Made by a program: the position numbers and the translations under genes. A stretch of DNA of 64,000 nucleotides, taken from a virus. Position 1 is the first letter of the stretch; every line of letters starts with the position of its first letter. A model generated the notes under the pieces. The model had not been told where the DNA came from, made no database searches, and saw only the letters and a list, made by a program, of their open reading frames with translations. The DNA is taken from positions 83,568 through 147,567 of the IMG/VR virus record IMGVR_UViG_3300017917_001336. One strand, given 5' to 3'. Of the stretch, positions 1 to 10,566 are shown one piece after another.

Positions 1-47
1 TGTCTCTTAATTTTGCCATAAATAGTATATAAAGGGTCTTGCCAGGT

Positions 48-1136
48 ATGCAAAAAATCTCAAGTTATTTATATCCGAATAGAGTAATACTATTAGCCGA
101 TTTGGCGGGCTTTCCTGTGGAGTGGACAAACGTGTACCAAAGAACAATAAAAATTTACAATGGCATTGATAATACTATCGAGTTTGATATTAAGAATGCT
201 GATCAAAAACGTATCGATTTAGATACATTAACGAATATTGAATTGAATGTTATGGATGCCCAAGGGATTGCATTACCTAACAGCCCTTATACTATAACAC
301 CGTTTGATCAAACTAGCAGAAAAGGTTTAGCATCTGTTACAATTCCGCAAGATGACTTAATTGATTTAACATCTCAAAATCTAAAGTATAGTGTGAGTGC
401 TAATTCCAACGGAAACAACGTATTACTATATTGTGATAGTAGATTTGGTGCTGTAGGTACTATTGAGCTAGTCGGTAGTGCAATGCCTGTAGATAGAGCT
501 AGTAGAACATATGATTCTTTTACCGCAGAAATTGATTTAAAAGGCTTCCCAACTTGGCATTCTAGTGCAATACCTACAAAATTTTATGAAGCAGTTCCTA
601 CAACAACATTACAGTTTGATATTGATGTTAAGGGGTTAACTGGAAACGTTTGGATTGAAGGCACTAAGAAAAGCACCATTAATACCGAAGCATTCAAAAC
701 TGGAGATATAGTATATTCTTTCTCAGATTGTAATGACACTACTGACACACTTTCTTCGCCAGCTTTGAATATAGGTGATTATCAATATTTTAGAGTTTCT
801 TATGCTACACAACTTGGAAACGGCATTGGTGCAGCATTTGCAGTTACTCAGCGAGATGGCGACTATGATGTAGTTGTTAGAGCAGGCGGAACTGGTTATG
901 CTGTAGGAAGTCAAATTAAAATTTTTGGTAGCTTAATTGGCGGAACTGACGGTGTGAACGATCTAATTATAACGGTTACCCAAGTTGACGGCGCATCAAC
1001 TGGATACATTTCAAGTTATTCTGTTAGTTCAGCTTCTGGTATTTCTTGGACAGGTAATGCAGCACCTGGCTCGTCAACATTTGTAGTAACGGGCAAAAAT
1101 ATTACCGGAACTGTTGACAAAGTTACAGTAAATTAA
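48..1136 (+). CDS. probable virion structural protein (beta-rich, Gly/Thr-rich C-terminus)
   Basis: Long ORF; TAAATA late-promoter motif near 19-24; ATG at 48. Confidence 0.5.
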   Translation: MQKISSYLYPNRVILLADLAGFPVEWTNVYQRTIKIYNGIDNTIEFDIKNADQKRIDLDTLTNIELNVMDAQGIALPNSPYTITPFDQTSRKGLASVTIPQDDLIDLTSQNLKYSVSANSNGNNVLLYCDSRFGAVGTIELVGSAMPVDRASRTYDSFTAEIDLKGFPTWHSSAIPTKFYEAVPTTTLQFDIDVKGLTGNVWIEGTKKSTINTEAFKTGDIVYSFSDCNDTTDTLSSPALNIGDYQYFRVSYATQLGNGIGAAFAVTQRDGDYDVVVRAGGTGYAVGSQIKIFGSLIGGTDGVNDLIITVTQVDGASTGYISSYSVSSASGISWTGNAAPGSSTFVVTGKNITGTVDKVTVN

Positions 1137-1149
1137 GTATAATAGTGCT

Positions 1150-2154
1150 ATGAGCCTCATAGCCGATACTTTACTAACTTATCTTCCTGCTAAAAAGAAA
1201 CACACTCCAAGTGGTTGGATTAGTTTTAACGCACCCTGTTGTGGTGATAAGCGTATGCGTGGCGGATTTATTGTTAACGCAGGCGATGCAGTAAGTTATC
1301 ATTGTTTTAATTGCGGGTTCAAAGCAAGTTGGCAACCTGGCCGAACAATCAGTCAAAAGATGAATAAACTCATGCGGGATTTGAACATGCCCGATGATGT
1401 TATTAGCCAATTAAGATTAGAAGCATTGCGTCTTAATGAAAATTCAAACGCAACTGTGAGACAAGTTATTCCAACATTCGAAGAACGTGCTTTGCCAATG
1501 GACGCAAAGAGTTTAGAAGAATGGAGTACCTGGATTGAGCTACAGGGTTGGGAAAATACTGACCAAGAACTAATCAATGCGTTTTGTTATTTACGAAACA
1601 ACCGAGCAATAGATCCATATTCATATCCGTTTTATTGGACTAACAAAATAGGATTTAAAAATAGAATTATTATTCCTTTTTATAAAGACGGCAAAGTTGT
1701 AGGCTATACTGCCCGTGCTACTAATGATGCTAAACCTAAGTTTATTAGTGAACAACAACCAGGTTATGTTTTTAATTTAGATAGACAAACGCAGGATAAA
1801 GAATTCGTAATTGTATGTGAAGGCCCATTTGATGCGATAAGTATTGACGGCTGTGCAATTTTAGGTGCAGAAATTAAAGATAGTCAAAACTGGTTATTAA
1901 AACAACTAGGCAAAGAAATTATCTTAGTACCAGATAGAGACCATGAAGGCCCACGTACAGTAGAACAAGCACTAGAATTTGGTTGGTCAGTTAGCATGCC
2001 TGAATGGTCCGACGGCGTTAAAGACGTTAATGACGCAGTTAAAAAATATGGACGTTTAGCAACACTATATTTGATTTTGCAATCACGAGAATCAAATAAC
2101 CTTAAAATACAACTAAAGGCAAAGAAATGGTTCAAGGAACAAGAGAATGTATAA
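1150..2154 (+). CDS. dnaG: DNA primase (T4 gp61/DnaG-like)
   Basis: N-terminal Zn finger (PCC...HCFNC), TOPRIM motifs EGPFDA and DRD; near helicase; TTGACA-18-TATAAT at 1114-1143. Confidence 0.9.
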   Translation: MSLIADTLLTYLPAKKKHTPSGWISFNAPCCGDKRMRGGFIVNAGDAVSYHCFNCGFKASWQPGRTISQKMNKLMRDLNMPDDVISQLRLEALRLNENSNATVRQVIPTFEERALPMDAKSLEEWSTWIELQGWENTDQELINAFCYLRNNRAIDPYSYPFYWTNKIGFKNRIIIPFYKDGKVVGYTARATNDAKPKFISEQQPGYVFNLDRQTQDKEFVIVCEGPFDAISIDGCAILGAEIKDSQNWLLKQLGKEIILVPDRDHEGPRTVEQALEFGWSVSMPEWSDGVKDVNDAVKKYGRLATLYLILQSRESNNLKIQLKAKKWFKEQENV

Positions 2155-2260
2155 ACTTTGGCAATTCTTAAAAAACCCGTTTACGTATATTCAAAATCGT
2201 AGATTGCTCAAGAAACGACTCGACGAGTTGCGTAAAAGAGATCCGTTTATATACAAATGA
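2147..2260 (+). CDS. 37-aa peptide (MYKLWQF...RKRDPFIYK) coupled to primase and carbamoyltransferase
   Basis: AAGGA RBS; overlaps the primase stop and has an ATGA overlap with the next gene; below the ORF-track cutoff. Confidence 0.6.
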   Translation: MYKLWQFLKNPFTYIQNRRLLKKRLDELRKRDPFIYK

Positions 2261-3204
2261 TTGAATGGGGAATAAATGCTCTAAACCACGGCAGTAGTTT
2301 AGCCGTGTTTAAGAGTGGAGAATATAAAGCTAATATGATAGCTAATACTGACGAGATTCCGAGCGAAATAATTCGTTCAGCATTAGATTACGGGTCTCCA
2401 GATAAAATATACTGGTACGAAAATCCATGGACGAAAAAGGCTAGACAAATTTACGCAGGACAATATAAGACAGCAATTGATTTGTCTGTGCTTCCAAGTA
2501 AATATCTTAAACGTGCGAGGCTAGACTATGCATCCTTATATTATACTCCTCATCATGCTAGTCATGCTGCCGCTGGGTATTATACTAGTCCTTTCAACCA
2601 TACTGCGATTGTGGTTTTAGATGCTATTGGCGAATTTGATTGTGCAAGTATTTGGGAAGGAAAACACGGAGAAATTCGGAAAGTGTGGAGCAAACGTTAT
2701 CCACATAGTTTAGGATTATTTTATTCAGCCTTTACAAAATTACTTGGATTAGAGCCAATTAAACAGGAATTTTTATTACAACAAATGAGCGATCAAGGAA
2801 ACCCTAATAAGTATTATTTTGATGTAAAAGAGTATATAGGTACGTTAGTGCAAGCTCATAAAAATATGCATAGAGGCATTAACGATTGGCCGCATGAAAT
2901 TAAAAATTTACAAGATCAATGTGATATTGCAGCCGCAGTTCAAGAAATATTTACAGAACAAGTAGATATGGTAATGAAACAAGCTATCGAGCTGACTGGC
3001 GCTGATTCTTTGGTGTACATGGGCGGTTGTGCTATGAATAGTAAAACAAACAAACAAGTTGTCGAACCTAAATTTAAATGGATTTGGTCATTGCCAAATC
3101 CCGGCGATCCTTCTAGTTCAATTGGTGCAGTTACATATCACAATAAACAACGAGTCTGGCGTAATGATTGGACACCAATCAAACATATTGCTATTAAGGT
3201 ATAA
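2257..3204 (+). CDS. carbamoyltransferase, NodU/CmcH family, N-terminal Kae1-like domain only
   Basis: HHASHAAAGYY, DAIGE, SLGLFYSAFT, GGCAMN and GD..SSIGA motifs; 315 aa, no YrdC-like C-terminal domain. Confidence 0.85.
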   Translation: MIEWGINALNHGSSLAVFKSGEYKANMIANTDEIPSEIIRSALDYGSPDKIYWYENPWTKKARQIYAGQYKTAIDLSVLPSKYLKRARLDYASLYYTPHHASHAAAGYYTSPFNHTAIVVLDAIGEFDCASIWEGKHGEIRKVWSKRYPHSLGLFYSAFTKLLGLEPIKQEFLLQQMSDQGNPNKYYFDVKEYIGTLVQAHKNMHRGINDWPHEIKNLQDQCDIAAAVQEIFTEQVDMVMKQAIELTGADSLVYMGGCAMNSKTNKQVVEPKFKWIWSLPNPGDPSSSIGAVTYHNKQRVWRNDWTPIKHIAIKV

Positions 3205-3222
3205 AGATAATATAATATAACA

Positions 3223-4653
3223 ATGAAACAAAATACAGATTACGGTTACGATATTCAAAAAGTATATTTAGAAATGATGCTTGCAGATGCAGCAACATTT
3301 GCTCGATGTCAAACAATTTTTGATCCTAGCTTGTTTGATAGAAAATTGCAACTAGGCGCAGAGTTTATCAATGAATATATTAAAGAACATTCAGTGATGC
3401 CAACTGAAGAGATTGTAAATGCTGCTACCAGCATGAATTTTAAAGTTCCACACGATTTAAGAGAAGAGCACTTTGATTGGCTATTAAACGATTTTGAAAC
3501 TTTTACAAGGCACAAAGGTCTTGAACGTGCTATCCTTGAATCAGCAGACATGTTAGAAAAAGGTGAGTACGGAACTGTAGAAGAAAAAATTAAAAAAGCA
3601 GTACAAGTTGGTCTAACCAAAGACATGGGCACTGATTACTGGGCTGATCCTAGGGCCCGTCTAATGAAAATCAAAGATAAGAATGGTCAAATTAGTACAG
3701 GCTGGAAGTCAGTTGATGACAAACTATTTGGCGGAATGAATCGAGGCGAATTGAATATTTTTGCGGCAGCTTCGGGTGGCGGTAAGTCTTTGTTCCTTGC
3801 AAACTTAGGTGTTAACTGGGCAATGGCAGGATTAAATGTAATTTACTTAACACTTGAACTTAGTGAAGAACTAGTGTCAATGCGTGTTGATTCGATGATT
3901 ACAGGAATTCCAACTAGAGAAATTTTTAAGAGTCTTGATGATGTAGAAATGAAAGTTAAAATGATTGGTAAAAAATCTGGTAGCTTTCAAGTCAAGTACA
4001 TGCCAAGCGGTAAAACAGCAAACGATATTAGAAGTTATCTAAAAGAATATGAAATTAGAATGGGCCAAAAGTGTGATGTATTGTTAGTTGACTACTTAGA
4101 CTTGTTAATGCCAATGAGTAAGAAGATTTCAGCAGAAAACTTGTTTATTAAAGACAAGTATGTCTCTGAAGAATTGCGTAACTTAGCAATGGAAAAGAAT
4201 TGTATTTTTGTAACTGCGGCACAGTTAAATCGCGGAGCAGTTGAAGAAGTAGAATTTGATCATTCACACATTTCAGGTGGACTATCTAAAATCCAAACCG
4301 CAGATAATGTAATTGGTATCTTTACTAGTCGTGCAATGCGTGAACGTGGACGTTATCAAATTCAATTTATGAAAACACGTAGTTCTAGTGGTGTTGGACA
4401 AAAAATTGATTTAGAATTTAACATTGATACTTTAAGAATTACTGATCTTGAACAAGAAGATAGTTATGGCAATAGTAGCGTACAAAGTGCAGGTAGCACA
4501 CTATTGGCTAGTATTAAAAATCGAGCAACCGTTGATGCCCAAACTGGAGAAATTGATCCAAACAGTTTAACACCAGTACCAAAAATTAAAGCACAAGTTG
4601 AATCGAGTAAACTAAGAGAATTACTTAACAATTTACCATCCGACGATCTTTGA
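3223..4653 (+). CDS. dnaB: replicative helicase (DnaB/T4 gp41-like)
   Basis: Walker A AASGGGKS, TLELS, VDYLDL, AQLNR, KTRSS. Confidence 0.92.
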   Translation: MKQNTDYGYDIQKVYLEMMLADAATFARCQTIFDPSLFDRKLQLGAEFINEYIKEHSVMPTEEIVNAATSMNFKVPHDLREEHFDWLLNDFETFTRHKGLERAILESADMLEKGEYGTVEEKIKKAVQVGLTKDMGTDYWADPRARLMKIKDKNGQISTGWKSVDDKLFGGMNRGELNIFAAASGGGKSLFLANLGVNWAMAGLNVIYLTLELSEELVSMRVDSMITGIPTREIFKSLDDVEMKVKMIGKKSGSFQVKYMPSGKTANDIRSYLKEYEIRMGQKCDVLLVDYLDLLMPMSKKISAENLFIKDKYVSEELRNLAMEKNCIFVTAAQLNRGAVEEVEFDHSHISGGLSKIQTADNVIGIFTSRAMRERGRYQIQFMKTRSSSGVGQKIDLEFNIDTLRITDLEQEDSYGNSSVQSAGSTLLASIKNRATVDAQTGEIDPNSLTPVPKIKAQVESSKLRELLNNLPSDDL

Positions 4654-4711
4654 TTATCTGGCAGTTTATTGTAAAATTAATAAATACGCATATAACTGCT
4701 AGGAAACCGCC

Positions 4712-5155
4712 ATGGAATTGCACCACATCAAAGATTTATCTGACCCTCTTGTTAAAGTAATTAAGGACGATCCCGTTCGCCCACACATCCCATTAGAACA
4801 AAGAATTAATGATGCTGCTGAAATTTTAATTCTTAAGGCAGGAGAAGAAATTCTTGCGGCTACTTGTATGCAGTGGTTAAAAGACATTCCTGAAGACGAA
4901 CAAGATCTAGTTGAAATGGAAAAGGATAAAGAAGTAGCAGTATTCTATACTATTTGGAGTTATAAGCCAGGTGCAGGACAAGCATTGATTAAACAAGCTG
5001 CAGATTGGTTATTAAGCGAATATAAGGATATTAAAAACATTGTTACGCTAAGTCCACAAACAGAAATGGCTCGTCGTTTCCACCATAAAAACGGTGCTAA
5101 AACTCTACGAGAAAATCAAACAAGTGTTAATTACGAATATTACTCAAAAAAGTAA
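4712..5155 (+). CDS. putative GNAT-fold protein
   Basis: AVFYTIWS..PGAGQALIK, IVTLSP and ARRFHHKNG resemble GNAT/malonyl-CoA-decarboxylase-type motifs. Confidence 0.45.
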   Translation: MELHHIKDLSDPLVKVIKDDPVRPHIPLEQRINDAAEILILKAGEEILAATCMQWLKDIPEDEQDLVEMEKDKEVAVFYTIWSYKPGAGQALIKQAADWLLSEYKDIKNIVTLSPQTEMARRFHHKNGAKTLRENQTSVNYEYYSKK

Positions 5156-5173
5156 CTAGTAAATCACACAAAT

Positions 5174-5197
5174 AAACCCCGAAAGGGGTTTTTCTTT
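5174..5197 (+). terminator. intrinsic terminator
   Basis: AAACCCC-GAAA-GGGGTTT hairpin followed by a T-tract. Confidence 0.85.
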
Positions 5198-5236
5198 GGG
5201 CGATAAATACAGTACCTATTCAAGGACTGTGACCTA

Positions 5237-8002
5237 ATGAAACACGTAAGATTACCGGCGTATGACGCTTACGATTTAGATAGACTAAGCTATTCTAACG
5301 GCGAATTAGTAAATGATACAACTAATGCGATTATCCGTTATATGGACGGAGAAACCCCTGGCGGCTTTAAAATTGCTACCCAAGACTATGTGCAGGCTAA
5401 TGCTATTACACAGTCTAACTTAGATTCAGCATTAACTGTAAAATTACAACCATATGCAAAAACAACAGATTTAGCACCATACGCTCTTACAGTTGATGTA
5501 AACAATGCGATTGCTGCTATTCCAGTTTACTCATTACCAACTGCATCTACCTCAATTAAAGGTGGTGTTAAGGTTGATGGTACAACGATTCTTATCGATG
5601 GTAATGGTGTTATTAGCGGTGCTAATCAATATGTGTTGCCAACAGCCGGTGTAGGATCAGGTGGAACAAAAGGTGGTGTTAAGGTAGACGGCACAACAAT
5701 TCTTATTGATGGCAACGGTGTTATCAGTGGTGCTAACCAATATGTACTTCCTACAGCATCTACTACAGTTAAAGGTGGGGTTATTATACCTGCTGTGGGG
5801 ACTAGCGGTCTTAACAACTCAGCAGGATCGATTACACTAGCTACTGCTAGCACTACACAGTTAGGTGGTGTTAAAGTTGATGGTACAACTATTACTATCA
5901 GTAATGGAGTTATCAGCGGTAGTAATCAATACGTATTACCAACTGCAACAACATCAGTTTTAGGCGGCGTAACTGTTCCTGCAACAGCTAACTCAGGTTT
6001 AACAAATACATCAGGTGCAATACGTATTGCAACAGCTAGTACAAACCAAATTGGTGGTGTTAAAGTAGACGGTGTTACAATTACTATTAACGGTTCTGGT
6101 GTTATTTCTGCTAACATTACAGGTGCAATTATTTTCCAAGGCGGTTGGGATGCTAGTCTTAACAGTCCAACCCTAAACAACTCTAGTGGTGCATTTAACG
6201 TAAACGGTTATGAATTTGTTACAACTGTAGCTGGTACAGTAAACTTTGGTGCAGGTAACGTAACATTTGCTGTTGGTGATAACGTAATTTATGATGGTAC
6301 TAAATGGGTTAAAGTTCCTATTGGTTCAAGTGCTGGACAAACTAATAGTATATTAACAGTTAACAACTCAGGCACAGGTGATGCAAGTGGTACAACTTTT
6401 AATGGTTCTTCTCCTATAACAATCAGTTACAACTCAGTAGGAGCAAGTCCGTTAGCTGGAAGTAGTAGTTTAACAACTGTAGGCACAATAACATCTGGTA
6501 CATGGAGCGGCAATATTATTAGCCCAACTTACGGCGGTACTGGGATTAACAATGGCTCTTATACATTAACAATTACAGGCGCCAACAGAACATTAGATCA
6601 AAACGTATCGTCAGGTTCTAGCCCATCATTTGACGGAACAAACTTTTCTGGAACTGCATCAAGTTTATCAGTAGGGTCAGCTTCAAATGCAACATCAGCA
6701 ACATCAGCAGGTAAGTCAACAAACATTGCTGGTGGTACTGCTAATAGAATTCCTTATCAAACTGCTGCAGATACAACAAGTTTTATTGCTGCACCTGCAG
6801 ACGGTACATTCCTTAATTATACTACAGCAGGTGGACTAGCATGGACTAGTACAATAGCGGCTACTACTGCAACAAACGTAAGTGGTGGTGCAGCCAACAG
6901 AATTGTATATCAAACAGGTGCTAGTACTACAGGATTTATAGCTGCGCCAGCAAGTACCAACACATACTTACAATGGAACGGAACAGCGTTTGTGTTTGCC
7001 GCAGTTTCTGGTGCAACTGGTGGTACAGTAACATCTGTTAGTGGTACTGGTACAGTTAGCGGTATAACATTATCAGGTACTGTAACATCTACTGGTAACT
7101 TAACATTAGGCGGCTCTTTAAGTTTAGTAAGCCCTCCTGCAATTGGTTCAACAACACCAAACACCGGTGCATTTACTATCCTTACAGTTAACTCAGCTTC
7201 AACTTCAGCAGTTACACTAAGCCCAACAGGAACTGGTACAGTAACTATAAACCCAACAACTGCTGGTACAATTAATAACATGAGTATTGGTGCTACAACA
7301 GCATCAACTGGACGCTTTACAACAATTACGTCAACTGTTACTACTGGTACTGCTCCATTTACTGTTGCTTCAAGCACTAACGTGGCTAACTTAAATGCTA
7401 GTTCGTTAAACGGTGCAACTTTTGCAAGCCCCGGACAAATCGGTTCAGTTACTGCATCGTCAGGAAGATTTACTACTATTGAATCAACAGTAACAACAGG
7501 TACTGCACCATTTACAGTAGCGTCTACAACTAACGTGGTCAACTTAAACGCTAGTTCACTGAATGGTGCAACGTTTGCAAGTCCAGGATCAATTGGTAGT
7601 AGCGTAGCAGGCAGTGGTGCATTTACTACTGTAACTGCTACAACAAGCGTTAAGGCCAGTGGTAGTGGTGGTGTTGGTTATAACACAGGTGCTGCCGCAG
7701 GTGGTACTGTAACACAGTTAGTTTCACGTACAACAGGTGTTACCCTTAACAAAATTACTGGACAAATTACTTTGTTTACAGCAGCTGGTGATAACACTCA
7801 ATGGTTAACATTTACAGTTACTAATAGTACTGTAGTCGCAACTGACGTTGTTATTGTTACTGGAGATACTGCTACTAACAAATATATTGCCAACGTGTCT
7901 AATGTAACTGCAGGATCGTTTGATATTACTTACTTCTCTTTTGGTACAGCTATTGATGCACCAACATTTAACTTTGCTGTAATCAAAGGATCAAATAACT
8001 AA
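5237..8002 (+). CDS. tail fibre / fibre-like virion protein
   Basis: 921 aa, Gly/Thr/Ser-rich; LPTA...GGVKVDGTTI repeats; duplicated TVTTGTAPFTVAS...NLNASSLNGATFASPG; TAAATA at about 5204. Confidence 0.8.
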   Translation: MKHVRLPAYDAYDLDRLSYSNGELVNDTTNAIIRYMDGETPGGFKIATQDYVQANAITQSNLDSALTVKLQPYAKTTDLAPYALTVDVNNAIAAIPVYSLPTASTSIKGGVKVDGTTILIDGNGVISGANQYVLPTAGVGSGGTKGGVKVDGTTILIDGNGVISGANQYVLPTASTTVKGGVIIPAVGTSGLNNSAGSITLATASTTQLGGVKVDGTTITISNGVISGSNQYVLPTATTSVLGGVTVPATANSGLTNTSGAIRIATASTNQIGGVKVDGVTITINGSGVISANITGAIIFQGGWDASLNSPTLNNSSGAFNVNGYEFVTTVAGTVNFGAGNVTFAVGDNVIYDGTKWVKVPIGSSAGQTNSILTVNNSGTGDASGTTFNGSSPITISYNSVGASPLAGSSSLTTVGTITSGTWSGNIISPTYGGTGINNGSYTLTITGANRTLDQNVSSGSSPSFDGTNFSGTASSLSVGSASNATSATSAGKSTNIAGGTANRIPYQTAADTTSFIAAPADGTFLNYTTAGGLAWTSTIAATTATNVSGGAANRIVYQTGASTTGFIAAPASTNTYLQWNGTAFVFAAVSGATGGTVTSVSGTGTVSGITLSGTVTSTGNLTLGGSLSLVSPPAIGSTTPNTGAFTILTVNSASTSAVTLSPTGTGTVTINPTTAGTINNMSIGATTASTGRFTTITSTVTTGTAPFTVASSTNVANLNASSLNGATFASPGQIGSVTASSGRFTTIESTVTTGTAPFTVASTTNVVNLNASSLNGATFASPGSIGSSVAGSGAFTTVTATTSVKASGSGGVGYNTGAAAGGTVTQLVSRTTGVTLNKITGQITLFTAAGDNTQWLTFTVTNSTVVATDVVIVTGDTATNKYIANVSNVTAGSFDITYFSFGTAIDAPTFNFAVIKGSNN
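5533..6110 (+). repeat. tandem coding repeats (GGVKVDGxTI / YVLPTA) in the tail fibre
   Basis: At least four GGVKVDG units, with DNA-level similarity. Confidence 0.8.
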
Positions 8003-10002
8003 ACGCCAGCTAACTTACGCACACGAGTTAGCTCTGCGCTTTCTTTAAATCCGTCTATAGTATTTGATGCACTTGCCGGGGTATTAAAGTTTTGTGTTGG
8101 CGATTGCGGAGGAGTAGTTCCGTATGCATGGTCTACTAGCATGTCAATAAACTGTTCAACAGTATTGCCAAATGCCTTGTTAGCCGCCACTGCAGCCGCA
8201 AAACCTGTACCAGCACCGATGATAGCCGCCGGAATAACACCTATAACAGTTGGACTGGCCACAGTACCTGCCAAGGCCGCGCCAAATATAGCAGCCACAA
8301 TCTCAAGACCAAAACGTGCAATAGGTTGTGCAATAATCTTAGTAACTTCAGCACGATACTGATCCTGTGTCATCTTCTTAGGATCAAGTGCTTGATACTT
8401 GGCAACAGCATCGCTTACTTCAACGTAAATTGAATAACCTAACAACAACCAACCACCTGCTTTAAATGCAGCACCAGTAGCGGCTTTGGCATTTGTTACA
8501 GCAGTCTTAGGTGCTTGTGCTACTTTAGCGGCAAACTCATCAGCGGCTAAATCTAAACGTGTGGTGCCAATTTTAACCGAGTTCCAAGTATTTGGTAATA
8601 AACTTTTTTGAATACTGTCTTGTGGAATGCCTGTTAAGAATGCACGGAATCGAGCACTCCAAGATGCTTTACCAGCGGCACTGGATAAATCAACTGGACT
8701 GGTTTGTTGTTGGCTAACAAACTTAACAGCTTTGTTAAACAGTTTACGAAACTCTGGATCTTTAAGTGCAGAACTAAGTGCTTCCTTTTGAAACTCGGGC
8801 GCACTAGTTTTTAAACTACTACGCAAAAAATTTCTAAATTCTTTGTCCGCTACTTCACCATTGGGAAATGACTTGGGCATTTTGTTAGGGTCAACAAACT
8901 CAGCAGTAATGTTTTGATCCAAGAAGCTTTTTTCAATCATAGCAACAATTTGCTCGTTAGACATCTTGGGTTTAACATCCCGGGCCATTTGTTCCACGGC
9001 TTGTTGTAATCGTGAGTTAAGTTCTACAGGGTCACGCCAATAAGCATCACCATGATAGTCTGTGGGTATCTTAGGATTAGCTGGCGCCGCACCGGTCTTT
9101 AAACGATCACGTAACACAGCCATTTCTTGACGATGTGCTGTTAGTCGTTCGCTAGCTGACTTAATAGCAGCTTGATCACCACTGCGAGTAGCGGCAGTTA
9201 GTGTTTTTTGTAATTCAGGTTCTTGTTTGACTAATTCAGCTAAACGATCGCGATTTTCTACAGCTTGTCGTAAAAATGAGTTAGGAATAGTCTTAGGATC
9301 AGTACCCGGAGGAATAGCATCTAGTTGGGCCTTAAACTTAGCACGGTCGGCGTTTGCATTAACTCGACGCTGTGTGTCAGCCATGCTCATACCTTGTAGT
9401 GCGTTATAATGGTGATTTAATTCGTGAGCAATAGTAGAACGCATACCCTTTAAATCACTAGTAACACGATTGGTAACCCAAAGTCTGTTTGCACGTGGCC
9501 CCGGAGAATTAATATTCATGTTGCCCGTGATAGTTTCTGTGGGTATGTTAATTTGTAGTTTATGCCCTTGCTTTTCTAACCAACTAGCCATGCGGGGATC
9601 TTGGCGGAAATCACCCATGCTTGGGCGAGCATTAGCCTTGTCTGATCGGGCCAAGTCCCAGGGATCAGCAACCTTTGGATTATACTGATAGCCCGTCTTA
9701 GGATCAGCAAACCATGTACTAGCACTAGCACGGGGCATGTCAATAGTATATCCCCCATCGGGTAACTGTTTAAACTTAGCCATGGGCTCAAAGTTAACTT
9801 GCCCAGACTGCGCTAATATCTGAACTTGTGGACTTTTAAAATCTGCAGGATTAATACCCATGTCTGTTAAATTAACACGAGACCCGTCTTTGACTTTACC
9901 GGGGTTGGCATTTAAGTAGTCAATGATCTTTTGACTAATTAGTGATAGTTCCTGTTGTGCAACAGCATCTTCTTGTACTAATTGAATATATTCGCGGAGC
10001 AT
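7999..10002 (-). CDS. late protein with a Zn-metallopeptidase motif and hydrophobic C-terminal helices (probable internal/ejected virion protein)
   Basis: IAHELNHH plus distal E (YWRDPVE); Gly/Ala-rich hydrophobic segments; TAAATA upstream on minus (about 10008-10013). Confidence 0.55.
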   Translation of the reverse strand: MLREYIQLVQEDAVAQQELSLISQKIIDYLNANPGKVKDGSRVNLTDMGINPADFKSPQVQILAQSGQVNFEPMAKFKQLPDGGYTIDMPRASASTWFADPKTGYQYNPKVADPWDLARSDKANARPSMGDFRQDPRMASWLEKQGHKLQINIPTETITGNMNINSPGPRANRLWVTNRVTSDLKGMRSTIAHELNHHYNALQGMSMADTQRRVNANADRAKFKAQLDAIPPGTDPKTIPNSFLRQAVENRDRLAELVKQEPELQKTLTAATRSGDQAAIKSASERLTAHRQEMAVLRDRLKTGAAPANPKIPTDYHGDAYWRDPVELNSRLQQAVEQMARDVKPKMSNEQIVAMIEKSFLDQNITAEFVDPNKMPKSFPNGEVADKEFRNFLRSSLKTSAPEFQKEALSSALKDPEFRKLFNKAVKFVSQQQTSPVDLSSAAGKASWSARFRAFLTGIPQDSIQKSLLPNTWNSVKIGTTRLDLAADEFAAKVAQAPKTAVTNAKAATGAAFKAGGWLLLGYSIYVEVSDAVAKYQALDPKKMTQDQYRAEVTKIIAQPIARFGLEIVAAIFGAALAGTVASPTVIGVIPAAIIGAGTGFAAAVAANKAFGNTVEQFIDMLVDHAYGTTPPQSPTQNFNTPASASNTIDGFKESAELTRVRKLAGV

Positions 10003-10010
10003 GATAGTAT

Positions 10011-10090
10011 TTACCGCGCGAAGCGGCAGCGCAGATTTTAAGAAGCGCGAAGCGTTAGCGCAAAAAAATAACCGCGAAGCGGCAACGGTA
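10011..10090 (+). repeat. GCGAAGC mini-hairpin cluster (left element)
   Basis: GCGAAGC at 10018, 10047 and 10074; inverted homologue at 23904-23936. Confidence 0.75.
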
Positions 10091-10134
10091 AACGCGATAC
10101 CGAGCGTTCTGTTGGCTGTGCCATAAATAATTAT

Positions 10135-10566
10135 ATGTTAAACATGACTGCAATCAACGGTTTCCGCAGCATCTTAGCTGACACTTGCACCCGCCATGGT
10201 TGGCAAGCACCCGAAACTGTACTAGACTACTCTGTTAAGATTCTAGCTGACAAGCTGGATAAAAATCCATGGCAACCTGAGCCTAGCTACGCAGAACGCT
10301 ATATGACCCTTAAAAGCATCACAGAAGCTATAGAATTGGGCAATACTTGTTGGTTCACTAGGGCTGTATTTCCAGAGCTAATGCAGCGTAGAGGTTTAAG
10401 CAGCCGTTACTTTGTAGATATGGGTCAAGGATGCTATAGTATGGTTCTTAAGCATAATCCGCACCCAGCTATATCTATACTAAACAAACACTTTGAGTTT
10501 ACAGCTGAAATAGCATATACAGCAGTACGCCACTTTAACAGTCAGCGTGAAATGTGGGATTTATAA
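10135..10566 (+). CDS. hypothetical protein
   Basis: 143-aa ORF after TAAATA. Confidence 0.65.
   Translation: MLNMTAINGFRSILADTCTRHGWQAPETVLDYSVKILADKLDKNPWQPEPSYAERYMTLKSITEAIELGNTCWFTRAVFPELMQRRGLSSRYFVDMGQGCYSMVLKHNPHPAISILNKHFEFTAEIAYTAVRHFNSQREMWDL

Noticed and set aside
5626-7542. Long antisense ORFs over the tail fibre (also 39430-40197 and 61080-61544)
   Set aside because: Shadows of Thr/Gly/Ser-rich sense genes; no RBS or promoter support.
5237-8002. Tail-fibre repeats as DGR template/variable repeats
   Set aside because: Differences are synonymous rather than adenine-specific, and no reverse transcriptase is present in the window.
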